A stretch of DNA of 64,000 bases from Candidatus Latescibacterota bacterium (lineage in GTDB: Bacteria; Latescibacterota; UBA2968; UBA8231). Below, piece by piece: positions 17,732-29,166 of this stretch. The translations under genes were made by a program, and so were the position numbers. The notes beneath the pieces were generated by a model. That model saw only the letters and a list, made by a program, of their open reading frames with translations. It had not been told where the DNA came from and did not search any database. The stretch lies in contig OZ241867.1 of the NCBI GenBank assembly GCA_965203175.1, forward strand, positions 3,744,001 through 3,808,000, in the 5' to 3' direction. The first letter of the stretch is position 1, and each line of letters opens with the position of its first letter.

Positions 17732-20305
17732 ATGACGGAAGGAACCGAAAGGCGATATCGACACTTCATCCTCGAAAGAGTCACCGAGACGGAGGCATAC
17801 CGTTCTCCACGGCAACGCATGGAGCGTACAAATGTACCGGAGCGGGATCGCACACAGCACGGCGAAGAGTTAAGGCGTCAGATTAACGAGCTTCGAGCGG
17901 AAGCAGTCTCCATCCGAGCGGTCCAACAGGACGCGGGAATCGAAGATGGTCTGGGCCTTCAGGTGGAATTCGAGAGCTTCCCCGATGTCGAATTAGCTTT
18001 CGAGAGTTTGGCGCGAGAGCGTTCCGGGATTGAGTTACTGAACGTCCGGCACGAGGAAAATCGAACCTTGGCTACAGTCTTCGTACCCGACGGCAAGCTC
18101 AATCACTTCGAGCGTCTCATTCGTGACTACTTGGCGGAGAAGAAAGACAGCATTGGTCGTGCCCGTGATAACAGGCGACTGATTGACGCGATTCAGCAGA
18201 TCCGGGCGGCGAGTCTTCGGGCACTTTGGACCGACACCGAGGCATTTCCTTCCGAAGAAGAGGGACCGCTCTGGTGGGAAGTTTGGCTGCCCGTTCGCCG
18301 GGACCAGAAAGCAACGACCACGGATTTTCGTACGCGAGTCGGGGTACAAAATATACGGATGCTGTCCATCCATCGGGATCAGAAAGCAACGACCTCAACG
18401 TTTCTCGAGCGAGCTAAGGCACAGGGGATACGGATAGCACCGGGAGAGGTGAGCTTCCCTGAGCGCACGGTCCTGTTGACGTACGCATCGGTCGATCAGA
18501 TGCAGCGTTCCATGATTACCCTCAACAGCATCGCTGAATTGCGGCGTGCAAAGGAAACGGCGGAATTCTTCGATTCTTTGCAACCCGATGATCAGGCTGA
18601 GTGGCTTAAGGATCTGCTAGATCGGACCCGTTTTGCAGCCGAGACCGACCAGACGCCATACGTCTGCTTGCTCGATACAGGCGTCAATCGCGGCCACCCG
18701 CTGCTTACTCCCGCCCTCGCTACCAGCGATCTCCACACCGTCGAACCCGCTTGGGGTACCGACGATGACGATGGCCACGGGACGGAGATGGCAGGAGTGG
18801 CCCTAGCTGGGAACTTGACGGAACTTCTGGATAGCAACGATCCCGTGAAAATCGATCATCGCCTCGAATCGGTGAAGTTACTGCCTCATGATGGTGCGAC
18901 CGGAAAAGACCCCCAGCACTACGGATATTTGACGGTGGAAGCGGTAGCGCGTCCCGAGATTACCGCACCTGCCCGGCTCCGAGTCTTCGGTATGGCTATT
19001 ACGGCCCGTGATAATCGAGATCGGGGACGACCGTCTGCTTGGTCGGCAGCGATCGATTCGCTAGCGGCAGATGTTGACGGTACGAATCCGCGTTTGATGA
19101 TCGTTTCCGCCGGTAACATCAAAGAGCCCAATGCTTGGTCTCACTACCCTGATTCTAATGATACGGACGGAGTACACGATCCCGCCCAGGCATGGAACGC
19201 CCTTACCATCGGTGCCTATACCGATCTCGTGCAAATAACCGAGCCAGATACGAGCGATTATGCGCCCGTCGCCCCAAAGGGAGGTCTGAGTCCCTTCAGT
19301 ACGACATCGCTGACGTGGCAGGCGCATTGGCCGCTGAAGCCGGACATCGTCCTTGAGGGTGGCAACGCCGCAAAAGACTCGCTAAGCGCCGTATGGTCAT
19401 CCAGTCTCAGCCTGCTGACGACCCATCATCGTCCGGCGGAGCGACTTTTCACGACGACCAATGCCACCAGTGCGGCCATGGCACTCGCATCCCGTTTGGC
19501 GGCGCAGGTGATGGCTGTCTATCCCGACCTGTGGCCCGAGACCGTCCGCGCCCTAATCGTCCACTCGGCGGAATGGACCGAAGCCATGAAGCGAATGTCC
19601 TTTCCTCAAGACAAAGACCCGATGAAGCAGGACTATTCGAATTTGCTTCGTCGGTGTGGCTTCGGCGTGCCGGACATTGACCGCGTGCTATGGAGCGTCA
19701 GGAACTCCTTGACGATGATGGTCGAGGAGAGTCTGTATCCCTTCAAGCGCGAGACAGGAAAGCAACCAACCCTTCGCGACATGCATCTCCACAATCTGCC
19801 TTGGCCGTGTGATGTCTTAGAGAGCTTGGGAGAAACGTCTGTCGAGATGCGGGTCACGCTGTCCTACTTCATCGAGCCGAATCCATCACGACGGGGTACC
19901 TTTTCGCGTTACCGGTACGAATCGCACGGGCTCCGTTTCGACGTAAAGCGGGCGCTCGAATCGACAGACGATTTTCGGAAGCGGATCAACTTGGCGGCAA
20001 GAGACGAGGAGGAAGGGCCTCGCCGTAGCGGCAGCGATCCACAGTGGCTGATCGGAGCGCAAGGTCGCCACAGAGGTTCGTTGCACAGCGATATCTGGCG
20101 AGGAACCGCAGCGGATCTCGCCAGCCGAGGCACTATCGCAGTCTATCCCACGGCGGGTTGGTGGAAGACTCGTCCCACGTTCGAAAGGTACGATCAAATG
20201 GCACGGTATGCCCTTGTCGTCAGCATCAAAGCTCCAGAGGCCGATGTGGACCTCTACACTGAAGTTGCGAATCTGATCGCGTCAGCAGTTCACGTCGAGA
20301 CCTGA
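17732..20305 (+). CDS. Subtilisin-like S8 peptidase, IetS-like
   Basis: Catalytic triad motifs CLLDTGV, DGHGTEMAG and TNATSAA, plus VSAGN; paired with the AAA ATPase as in ietAS systems. Confidence 0.88.
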   Translation: MTEGTERRYRHFILERVTETEAYRSPRQRMERTNVPERDRTQHGEELRRQINELRAEAVSIRAVQQDAGIEDGLGLQVEFESFPDVELAFESLARERSGIELLNVRHEENRTLATVFVPDGKLNHFERLIRDYLAEKKDSIGRARDNRRLIDAIQQIRAASLRALWTDTEAFPSEEEGPLWWEVWLPVRRDQKATTTDFRTRVGVQNIRMLSIHRDQKATTSTFLERAKAQGIRIAPGEVSFPERTVLLTYASVDQMQRSMITLNSIAELRRAKETAEFFDSLQPDDQAEWLKDLLDRTRFAAETDQTPYVCLLDTGVNRGHPLLTPALATSDLHTVEPAWGTDDDDGHGTEMAGVALAGNLTELLDSNDPVKIDHRLESVKLLPHDGATGKDPQHYGYLTVEAVARPEITAPARLRVFGMAITARDNRDRGRPSAWSAAIDSLAADVDGTNPRLMIVSAGNIKEPNAWSHYPDSNDTDGVHDPAQAWNALTIGAYTDLVQITEPDTSDYAPVAPKGGLSPFSTTSLTWQAHWPLKPDIVLEGGNAAKDSLSAVWSSSLSLLTTHHRPAERLFTTTNATSAAMALASRLAAQVMAVYPDLWPETVRALIVHSAEWTEAMKRMSFPQDKDPMKQDYSNLLRRCGFGVPDIDRVLWSVRNSLTMMVEESLYPFKRETGKQPTLRDMHLHNLPWPCDVLESLGETSVEMRVTLSYFIEPNPSRRGTFSRYRYESHGLRFDVKRALESTDDFRKRINLAARDEEEGPRRSGSDPQWLIGAQGRHRGSLHSDIWRGTAADLASRGTIAVYPTAGWWKTRPTFERYDQMARYALVVSIKAPEADVDLYTEVANLIASAVHVET
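18299..18448 (+). repeat. Diverged 75-bp (25-aa) tandem duplication inside the S8 gene
   Basis: cgggaccagaaagcaacgacc (18299) and cgggatcagaaagcaacgacc (18374); RDQKATT..F occurs twice. Confidence 0.8.
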
Positions 20306-20333
20306 GATAGAGTTCCGTATCGAAGGGGTTCCC

Positions 20334-20552
20334 ATGAAAAAACAAACCATCCAATACGCTTCGCCCATCGACGCGCTGATTGCAGTGACCAAGCGGTTGA
20401 GTACCTACGAAAATCAACAACAGATGGATTCGGAAGAGTTCTTTGACCAGTACAGCCGGGGGCAACTATCCGACGACGCAGTATTCGTCGATTGGGCCAA
20501 TGACTACCGCCACTATTTGCAACTCCGTCAAAATGAAAGGGTATGCCCCTGA
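20334..20552 (+). CDS. TumA-like antitoxin (orphan)
   Basis: YASPIDALIAVTKRLSTYE..MDSEEFFDQYSRG..DDAVFVDWANDYRHY resembles TumA-type antitoxins (recalled, not searched). Confidence 0.55.
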   Translation: MKKQTIQYASPIDALIAVTKRLSTYENQQQMDSEEFFDQYSRGQLSDDAVFVDWANDYRHYLQLRQNERVCP

Positions 20553-20643
20553 GTAGCCTCCACAGCGATACCTCCCGGCCTTTCGCCAAGGCGACCTTTG
20601 GCCGGATTGTCATGAAAAAGGTCGGTGATAAAGGACATCGACG

Positions 20644-20847
20644 ATGAAAAATGATCCTATCGTAGCTGAAGTTCTCGCAATACGAGACGAACTTGCCGCT
20701 CAGTGCGGCTACGACATCAAAGAGATCTTCCGGAAACTCCGGGAACAACAGGCCAAGTCGGGTCTGAAGTACGTACGCTACCCGGCCCGTCGAGTGGCTC
20801 TAGCCGAAGACGTACGAGTGCCCAACGCAGATAGAAAGACCGGATGA
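20644..20847 (+). CDS. Small 'DPIVxEV' protein, PIN-toxin partner type (orphan)
   Basis: MKNDPIVAEVLAIRDELAAQCGYDIKEIFRKL; visibly homologous to 13287-13448. Confidence 0.6.
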   Translation: MKNDPIVAEVLAIRDELAAQCGYDIKEIFRKLREQQAKSGLKYVRYPARRVALAEDVRVPNADRKTG

Positions 20848-20869
20848 AGCATCAGAGAAAGCTGGAAAA

Positions 20870-21178
20870 ATGAAAAACATAACTCTGAGTGCCGACGAGC
20901 ATCTGATCGAAGCGGCGAACCAACGCGCCGCGGCAGAGCACACTACGCTGAACGAGCAGTTTCAACTGTGGCTCAAGCACTATGTTCAGCACGAGCAGCA
21001 GACGGGGTCCCACGAGATCCCGTCAGAGGCGCAAGGAACACTGGCGGACTTTTTCCAAGGGCATATTGGCATCCTGCACAGCAGTGAATACATGCCCGGC
21101 GGTGCTCGTATGTCGGTAGATAGCGACAAAAAGTTTGCGGCGGGACTGCTCAAAAAACGACAACAGGAGGAACGATGA
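20870..21178 (+). CDS. Ribbon-helix-helix antitoxin-like protein (orphan, possibly chimeric)
   Basis: MKNITLSADEHLIEAA..AAAEHTTLNEQF fits an RHH pattern. The stop overlaps an ATG (21175) that opens only a short stub. Confidence 0.55.
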   Translation: MKNITLSADEHLIEAANQRAAAEHTTLNEQFQLWLKHYVQHEQQTGSHEIPSEAQGTLADFFQGHIGILHSSEYMPGGARMSVDSDKKFAAGLLKKRQQEER

Positions 21179-21202
21179 TCCCCGATGTTGCTGGTGCGTG
21201 CT

Positions 21203-21238
21203 CTAGGAGACGAAGTGATGAAGGTGTTCCGGGTGTGA
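21203..21238 (+). repeat. Second copy of the last 12 codons of mod (16656-16691)
   Basis: CTA GGA GAC GAA GTG ATG AAG GTG TTC CGG GTG TGA versus TTG GGG GAC GAG GTG ATG AAG GTG TTT CGG GTG TGA; both encode LGDEVMKVFRV*. Confidence 0.9.
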
Positions 21239-21289
21239 GGATTGGATAACGGTGATCGCTATCACTCACTTCCTACCGGGAATTCGAGT

Positions 21290-22984
21290 ATGAATTTCAA
21301 CACTGCCAACAGCACGTTTCGCCAGTTGATGGGCAATGGGCTGAGTTATCGCGTCCCGATGTTTCAGCGCGACTATTCTTGGGGCCCCGACGAATGGGAC
21401 GATCTGTGGCAGGATATCGTCGCCCTGTTCGATGAGGATCCGGAACCGGCTCACTACATGGGCTACCTAGTACTGCAATCAGCCGACAACAGGGCGTTTG
21501 AAATCATCGATGGACCGCAGCGCATGACCACGCTGAGCCTGTTGATGCTGGCGGCGGTGGCGCATCTGACGCACTTGGCCCGGCCGGATGATCCAGATGA
21601 CCCGCAACGTCGGCGCGCCGAGCAGCTACGCAGCAACTACATCGGCTATTTGGACTCGGTGAGCCTAGTATCTCGCTCCAAGCTGATGCTGAATCGGCAC
21701 AACGATAGCTTTTACCAGAACTACTTGGTGCCCCTAGAACGTCTGCCGCAAAGAGGATTGAACGCATCGGAACATCTGCTGCGCCGGGCCTTTCTCTGGT
21801 TCAGGGATCGCATTGAAGAACTAGCGGGCGATGACGGTCAGGCGGTAGCGCGCTTCGTCGATGGCGCAGTCGATAGGCTGTTTTTTACGATCATCACCGT
21901 GACCGACGAATTGAACGCCTTCAAGGTGTTCGAGACCCTGAACGCTCGCGGCGTGCGCTTGTCGGCCACTGATCTGCTGAAGAATTACTTGTTCTCAGTT
22001 GTCTCCCGCGGCAATCCGCACGAGTCGGAGATCAATGCCCTAGAAGACCGCTGGGAGGGTATCGTCGGGCTGCTGGGCAGTGAGATTTTTCCCGAGTTCC
22101 TGCGAGTCTTCTGGAACAGCCGCAACAGGCTGGTGCGCAAGGCGGACTTGTTCAAAGTCATTCGCGACGCCATTCGCGACCGATCCGCAGCATTCGAGCT
22201 GATCCGCGACATGGACAGGAGCGCCCGCGTGTACGCGGCCTTGCGCAGCCCGGAGGAGGGTGCTTGGACGGCGGCGGAACGCGACAGCCTAGCCCAATTG
22301 CAGATGTTCAACGTGCGCCAGCCCCTAGCGGTGTTACTGGCGGCATTTGAGCGATTCGAGGAAAACGACCGCGGCGGCTTTGGACGCTTTCTGAAGGCAA
22401 TCGCGGTAGTGTCGTTTCGCTATAACGTGATCTGTAGCCGTCAGAGCAACGAGCAGGAGGTCGTGTACAACCAAGTTGCCCGCGGGATTTCGTCAGGCCG
22501 GATTGGCGGCGCGGCTGCGGCGATTGCGGAACTGCGGCCAGTCTATCCCGAGGACGCGGAATTCAGGGCGGCGTTTACAGACAAGGCGCTGCGAACGACC
22601 AGCCACCGCAATAGTAAGGTCGTGCGCTTTATACTGTTTCGTCTGGAAGCGCAGCTATCGGGGCAGCGCTTTGAGTTCGAGAGCGCAAAATATGGGATTG
22701 AGCACGTGTTGCCGGAAAATCCGGGCGATGCGTGGCAACAGTTTGACGACCAGCAGCGGGAGGCTTCTACCTACCGCTTGGGGAACATGACCTTGCTGAC
22801 GGCCGAGGCAAACCGCGATCTGGGAAATTCGGGATATGCCCAGAAACGGCCGGTTTACCAAGAGAGCAGCTTTGCAATAACGCGCAAGCTATCAGAAGAC
22901 TTCGATACTTGGACCGTGGAGAAGATTCGCACCCACCAAGCCTGGATGGCAAAACAAGCTACCGGCATCTGGCGAATCGGCTAG
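21290..22984 (+). CDS. GmrSD-like DUF262 + DUF1524 (HNH) protein
   Basis: VPMFQRDYSW, IIDGPQR (canonical DGQQR), FETLNARG and IEHVLP..LGNMTLL..N..LGN. Confidence 0.85.
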   Translation: MNFNTANSTFRQLMGNGLSYRVPMFQRDYSWGPDEWDDLWQDIVALFDEDPEPAHYMGYLVLQSADNRAFEIIDGPQRMTTLSLLMLAAVAHLTHLARPDDPDDPQRRRAEQLRSNYIGYLDSVSLVSRSKLMLNRHNDSFYQNYLVPLERLPQRGLNASEHLLRRAFLWFRDRIEELAGDDGQAVARFVDGAVDRLFFTIITVTDELNAFKVFETLNARGVRLSATDLLKNYLFSVVSRGNPHESEINALEDRWEGIVGLLGSEIFPEFLRVFWNSRNRLVRKADLFKVIRDAIRDRSAAFELIRDMDRSARVYAALRSPEEGAWTAAERDSLAQLQMFNVRQPLAVLLAAFERFEENDRGGFGRFLKAIAVVSFRYNVICSRQSNEQEVVYNQVARGISSGRIGGAAAAIAELRPVYPEDAEFRAAFTDKALRTTSHRNSKVVRFILFRLEAQLSGQRFEFESAKYGIEHVLPENPGDAWQQFDDQQREASTYRLGNMTLLTAEANRDLGNSGYAQKRPVYQESSFAITRKLSEDFDTWTVEKIRTHQAWMAKQATGIWRIG

Positions 22985-23007
22985 CTCGTCGCCGTGTAGG
23001 CCTTCCT

Positions 23008-24306
23008 TTATTGGTCCGGGTCGGTCGGGGTGTTGGGGTTGTTCAAGCGCTCTTGGTCGGCGTAGGGGTAGAAATCGCGATTGCGTTCAAACATATCGGT
23101 CGAAGGGCCAGGTTGCCCCAAGCGCCGACTGTCTTCCCAGCCGGTGCCGTGCAGAAAAAGCTCGGCTCGCCGCTGGCGAAAAATTTCGTTCAACACCGCT
23201 TCAAGTGACTGCGGGCCGCTGTACGGCGGCAGCGCAGCCCCCACGCCAAAAGGATCCTCGGCCGGCGTTTTGGTGCGCACGGCGTCGATTTCAGCGATGG
23301 CCGCGTCGATGTTGCCCAACATGACGTGGGCCTCGGCGCGCGTCAGGGCCATTTCTCCGGGCAGGTAGGCCGGAATAGGCGACGTGGCCGAGTGCCAAAA
23401 GCCGGTCAAATCCTCAATGGGAAAGTCGTTGGGGTTGCTGGTCCGCTCACTCGGCGTGGTGTAAAAGGCCAGCCGCGCATCGCCGCTTTCGGTGCTGCTC
23501 AGGCCAAAGTGGTCGCGCGGGGCGTAATCGTCCGCCACGACGACCTGCGCGTACAGGGGATTCTCGTTTTCCGCGTCGTACGTATAGACTGAGGTCGCTG
23601 TCGGATCGACGGCATCGGCGTCGTCGAGCGCTGCTTGGTAGTTGCCGGTAAATAAGTGGTAGCGCGCTCGATAGGCGCGTATGGTGTTGAGCAGATCAAA
23701 ACCCTCGCCCAATATGTCTGCGTTGAACTCGTCGGATGGTGGCGTGGAAGTGGCGGTTTCGAGGGCGCGGTCCAACGAGCGAATTGCTGCGGCGAAAAGC
23801 TCTTCACGCGGCCTAAATGGCGCTTGCCCATCGGCCTGCACGTCTAGGGGCGCGTGGGCAAAAGCCTGCGCGACGAATCCCAAGCACTTGGCTTTGTACA
23901 AATGCGCCAGTGCTACAATGTCGCTGCGCGTTCCCTCAGCCAGCGGTACCTCGGGCGCGTTGGCGATCAAGTCGTTGGCCATGCCCATGATGCGGTAGGA
24001 GTTAGACCAGATACTATGCACGCCGCTGTTAGCTCCCGTCAGGGAGCCAAGGCCGTCTTCTAGTTCGATAAGATTGGAAAACGTCGTATTGGCTGCTAGC
24101 TCGCGGCTGGTGATGGCCGGATGGCGCACGTACGCATCGACGTTGTTACTGGCGTAGCTGCGCTGTATGCCAATGGCCAGCGCTTTGATGCCGTCGCTGG
24201 TGGTCAACACCTGCTCTTCGAACGCTTGGTTGGGATTGGCTACGTTCAAATCGCAACCCCAAAGCAGCCCACCGACTATAAGTAGCCCACAAAAAGTCGC
24301 TTTCAT
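23008..24306 (-). CDS. SusD/RagB-family outer-membrane lipoprotein
   Basis: Lipobox LLWGC from ATG 24306; EMALTRAEA and IFRQRRAELFLHG; downstream of SusC. Confidence 0.85.
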   Translation of the reverse strand: MKATFCGLLIVGGLLWGCDLNVANPNQAFEEQVLTTSDGIKALAIGIQRSYASNNVDAYVRHPAITSRELAANTTFSNLIELEDGLGSLTGANSGVHSIWSNSYRIMGMANDLIANAPEVPLAEGTRSDIVALAHLYKAKCLGFVAQAFAHAPLDVQADGQAPFRPREELFAAAIRSLDRALETATSTPPSDEFNADILGEGFDLLNTIRAYRARYHLFTGNYQAALDDADAVDPTATSVYTYDAENENPLYAQVVVADDYAPRDHFGLSSTESGDARLAFYTTPSERTSNPNDFPIEDLTGFWHSATSPIPAYLPGEMALTRAEAHVMLGNIDAAIAEIDAVRTKTPAEDPFGVGAALPPYSGPQSLEAVLNEIFRQRRAELFLHGTGWEDSRRLGQPGPSTDMFERNRDFYPYADQERLNNPNTPTDPDQ

Positions 24307-24328
24307 CGTCTTGCTTGTCCTCGGTTGC

Positions 24329-27232
24329 TCAGTAGTGCAGGCTGAGGCGCATGGAGAAACTGCGCGGAATGGGCACTTCGACAAAGTCAAAGCCGCGCAC
24401 GGCCGTGCGCTGGCCCGCGATATTGGTTTCTGGGTCGTAGCCGCTATACTTGTCGAGGGAAAACAAATTGCGCCCCACCAAGCTCAACTGAACGCTGCTG
24501 GTACCCAAAAACGCAGGCTGCCAGCGATACGACGCAGATAACTCGCGCAACTTTACAAAGGAGCCGTCTTCGATCCAGTGTTCAAAGATGCGGAAGACGC
24601 GCGCATTGTAGCCGGCTGGCAGTTCGCCGTTTAATTCGCGTTCGTAGTCTGTCAACACGCCAAATGAACTTAGGGCGGCCAAGCGCCGCGTAAAGTTAAA
24701 CACATCGCCCCCTACGACCGCGTCCAATTGGGCGCGCACCGACCAGCGCCGCCCCACGGCAAAGTGATTGATCCAAGAAGCAGTAAAATCCGGGTTGGGG
24801 TCGCCGATGATTTTGCGCTCAGCCGCTCGCATGGGCAGGCCGTCTTCGTCGAGGGCGATGTGGCCGTTGGCATCGCGGGCGAAGGCCGTGCTAAAGAACA
24901 CGCCGAGGGGGCTGCCGTTGATGGCCGAGACTTGCGAAAACGAATTGGGCAGGATCAAACGCCCGCCTTCGATACCATCGACGCGGTTTTTGTTGGTCGC
25001 ATACGTCAGGGTCGATTCCCAGCGGAGATGGGAATGCACCAGCGGAATGGCGCGCACGAGCAGCTCCCACCCCTTGTTGCTCATGGTGCCGACGTTTTGC
25101 AAAATCCGCGCATGGCCGGTGGATGGGGACAACGTGCGCATCAACAATAAATCGTCGATATGTTGATCGTAATACGTGAGTTCCACGCCGAGGCGATTGG
25201 ACCAAAAACCAACATCTGCGCCGACTTCGATTTCTCGCTGTCGCTCGGGCTTGATCGTCCCGCCGAGTTGGGTGCTGGGAACTAGGCCGGGCCGGCCGTT
25301 GTACGAGGAGGCATTGTAATTGGTAAAGCGGTCAAAAGGACCAATGGCGGTTTGACCGCCGGACGTGCCAATGGAAGCGCGCAGCTTGAAGTCTGCAAAT
25401 GCGTCGTCTAAGGCGCTGTTTTGCCAGAAGCCGGCCCTTGAAATGAGATAGGCCGCGCCGGCCTTGGGATAAAATTGCCAGCGCTGATCTTGGCCATAGA
25501 CCGAAGAGGCATCGACGCGGGCCGCGCTGGTGAGAAACAGTTGATCGAAAAACGCCACAGTTTGCTGCACAAAGCCGCCGTACAGGGCCTTCTCGCTCCT
25601 GAATTCGCTGGCCACAACGGTTGCCCCGCTCGACACGGTTTGGGCGACTGGACTCAGGTCCTTGCCCTCCGCGCTAAAGGTTGCCCCCTTTTCGTATTGC
25701 AGGGTTCCGCCGACGAGAATGGTCGATTGCACGTGCGGCGCTACGTCCTGCTGGTAGCGGACGTGGAGGTCGTTGTTGAGTTGGAGAAAGTCGAAGGTGG
25801 CGCGGCGCGCAAAGCCGTTTGCCAAGCCCGGTGCAGAGGTCCCGGCCGGGATAAATGCAAGGGCCGTTTGATCGTAGGTGTCAAGCCCCAATGTATAGTC
25901 GATGTCCAAGCGGGATAGCGGGGCGAGATCGAGTCGGGCATAGCCTATATAGCGAGAGACTTCTTGCGTAAAATCATAGCGGTCAATGACCTCTAATGGG
26001 TTGGCGAGAACGCCTTGGTTGGGGTACGCGCCGGTTGTGGGATCGGGCGTGGGGTCGTAGGTGTTGGGGCCGAAAATAAAACCCGTCAGTGCCCCGTAGT
26101 TTGAGTTTAAGCCGCCGTTGGGAACGTCGTTGCTGTTGCTAAAGGAGAAATGGCCACCCACGGACAACGTGGCCCAGGGCGACAATTCTTGATCGACGCG
26201 CGTGCGCCCTCCCATGCGCCGAAACGAACTATTGGCAACCACGCCCTGATCTGCCAAGTAGGATCCCGAGGCAAAGTAGCGGGTGCTGCCGGCCCCACCC
26301 AATACCGAGACGTAGTGCTCAGTGCCGGCGGCACGGCGAAAAATGAAATCTTGGTGATCGAAGCGCGGCACGTCCGAGCCGTCGGGATTTTTGTCGCCAT
26401 TGTTGTCAACAAGTGCCTTGTTGACCGTAAGCGTTTTGCGCACTTGGGCAGTTGAAAAACGAGAAGTGTAGGTGATCTGCGGCTTGCCCAAGGCGCCGCG
26501 CTTGGTAAAGATCTGCACGACGCCATTGTTGGCGCGCGAGCCGTACAGGGCAGCGGCCGCTGCGCCTTTGACGACCTCGACGCGCTCTACGTCGTTGGGG
26601 TTGAGATCGACGAGGCGGTTTTGCGCCCCGCCGCCGAGGCGGATGAGTTCGGGCGAGCTGTTGTTGACAACGACGCCGTCCACTACGTAGAGCGGATCGG
26701 CGTCGCCCAACACGGTACTAGTGCCGCGCAAGCGGACCGTCGCGCCGCCGGCCGGATTGCCCGAATTTTGCTGCACGAGCGCACCGGCCAATTTGCCGGT
26801 CAGGGCTTTGTCGAGGGCCGAGGTGCCGGCCGTTTCCAACTGCCGTGCGCTGAGGGTGGAAATGGCATTGCCTAGTTGCTTTTTGCTCGCGGCAGCGGAA
26901 AGGCCGGTGACGACAATTTCATCCAGTTGCAAGGCATCCACGGCAAGCTGAAAAACAACGGTTGTCAGGCCGTCGTTTTGGCGGATGGCCTGTCGGGCGG
27001 ATTGGTAGCCCACAAACCGCGCTTCGAGCAGAGTTTCCGTCGTCAGCAGCGGCAGGACGAGTGCGAACTGGCCGTCGGCATCAGCGGTGGTGCCGATGGT
27101 GGTACCAACGACACCAACGCTGGCACCGGGCAGGGGCTCGCCGCGTTCATCGGTGACCGCCCCTGCAATGGTGAGTTGGGCAAAAGCCGCCGTGGGAATG
27201 CCGAACCAAAGAAGAAATGCGAATAAGCGCAC
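24329..27232 (-). CDS. SusC/RagA TonB-dependent transporter
   Basis: N-terminal carboxypeptidase-regulatory-like domain; PLYVVDGV..DLNPNDVERVEVVKGAAAAALYGSRANNGVVQIFTK (SusC signature); C-terminal aromatic residue. Confidence 0.93.
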   Translation of the reverse strand: MRLFAFLLWFGIPTAAFAQLTIAGAVTDERGEPLPGASVGVVGTTIGTTADADGQFALVLPLLTTETLLEARFVGYQSARQAIRQNDGLTTVVFQLAVDALQLDEIVVTGLSAAASKKQLGNAISTLSARQLETAGTSALDKALTGKLAGALVQQNSGNPAGGATVRLRGTSTVLGDADPLYVVDGVVVNNSSPELIRLGGGAQNRLVDLNPNDVERVEVVKGAAAAALYGSRANNGVVQIFTKRGALGKPQITYTSRFSTAQVRKTLTVNKALVDNNGDKNPDGSDVPRFDHQDFIFRRAAGTEHYVSVLGGAGSTRYFASGSYLADQGVVANSSFRRMGGRTRVDQELSPWATLSVGGHFSFSNSNDVPNGGLNSNYGALTGFIFGPNTYDPTPDPTTGAYPNQGVLANPLEVIDRYDFTQEVSRYIGYARLDLAPLSRLDIDYTLGLDTYDQTALAFIPAGTSAPGLANGFARRATFDFLQLNNDLHVRYQQDVAPHVQSTILVGGTLQYEKGATFSAEGKDLSPVAQTVSSGATVVASEFRSEKALYGGFVQQTVAFFDQLFLTSAARVDASSVYGQDQRWQFYPKAGAAYLISRAGFWQNSALDDAFADFKLRASIGTSGGQTAIGPFDRFTNYNASSYNGRPGLVPSTQLGGTIKPERQREIEVGADVGFWSNRLGVELTYYDQHIDDLLLMRTLSPSTGHARILQNVGTMSNKGWELLVRAIPLVHSHLRWESTLTYATNKNRVDGIEGGRLILPNSFSQVSAINGSPLGVFFSTAFARDANGHIALDEDGLPMRAAERKIIGDPNPDFTASWINHFAVGRRWSVRAQLDAVVGGDVFNFTRRLAALSSFGVLTDYERELNGELPAGYNARVFRIFEHWIEDGSFVKLRELSASYRWQPAFLGTSSVQLSLVGRNLFSLDKYSGYDPETNIAGQRTAVRGFDFVEVPIPRSFSMRLSLHY

Positions 27233-27237
27233 GGTCC

Positions 27238-29158
<1,921 letters not shown>

Positions 29159-29166
<8 letters not shown>

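Noticed and set aside
24307-24390. N-terminal extension of SusD in the ORF track
   Set aside because: It overlaps the susC end; the lipoprotein signal begins at ATG 24306.
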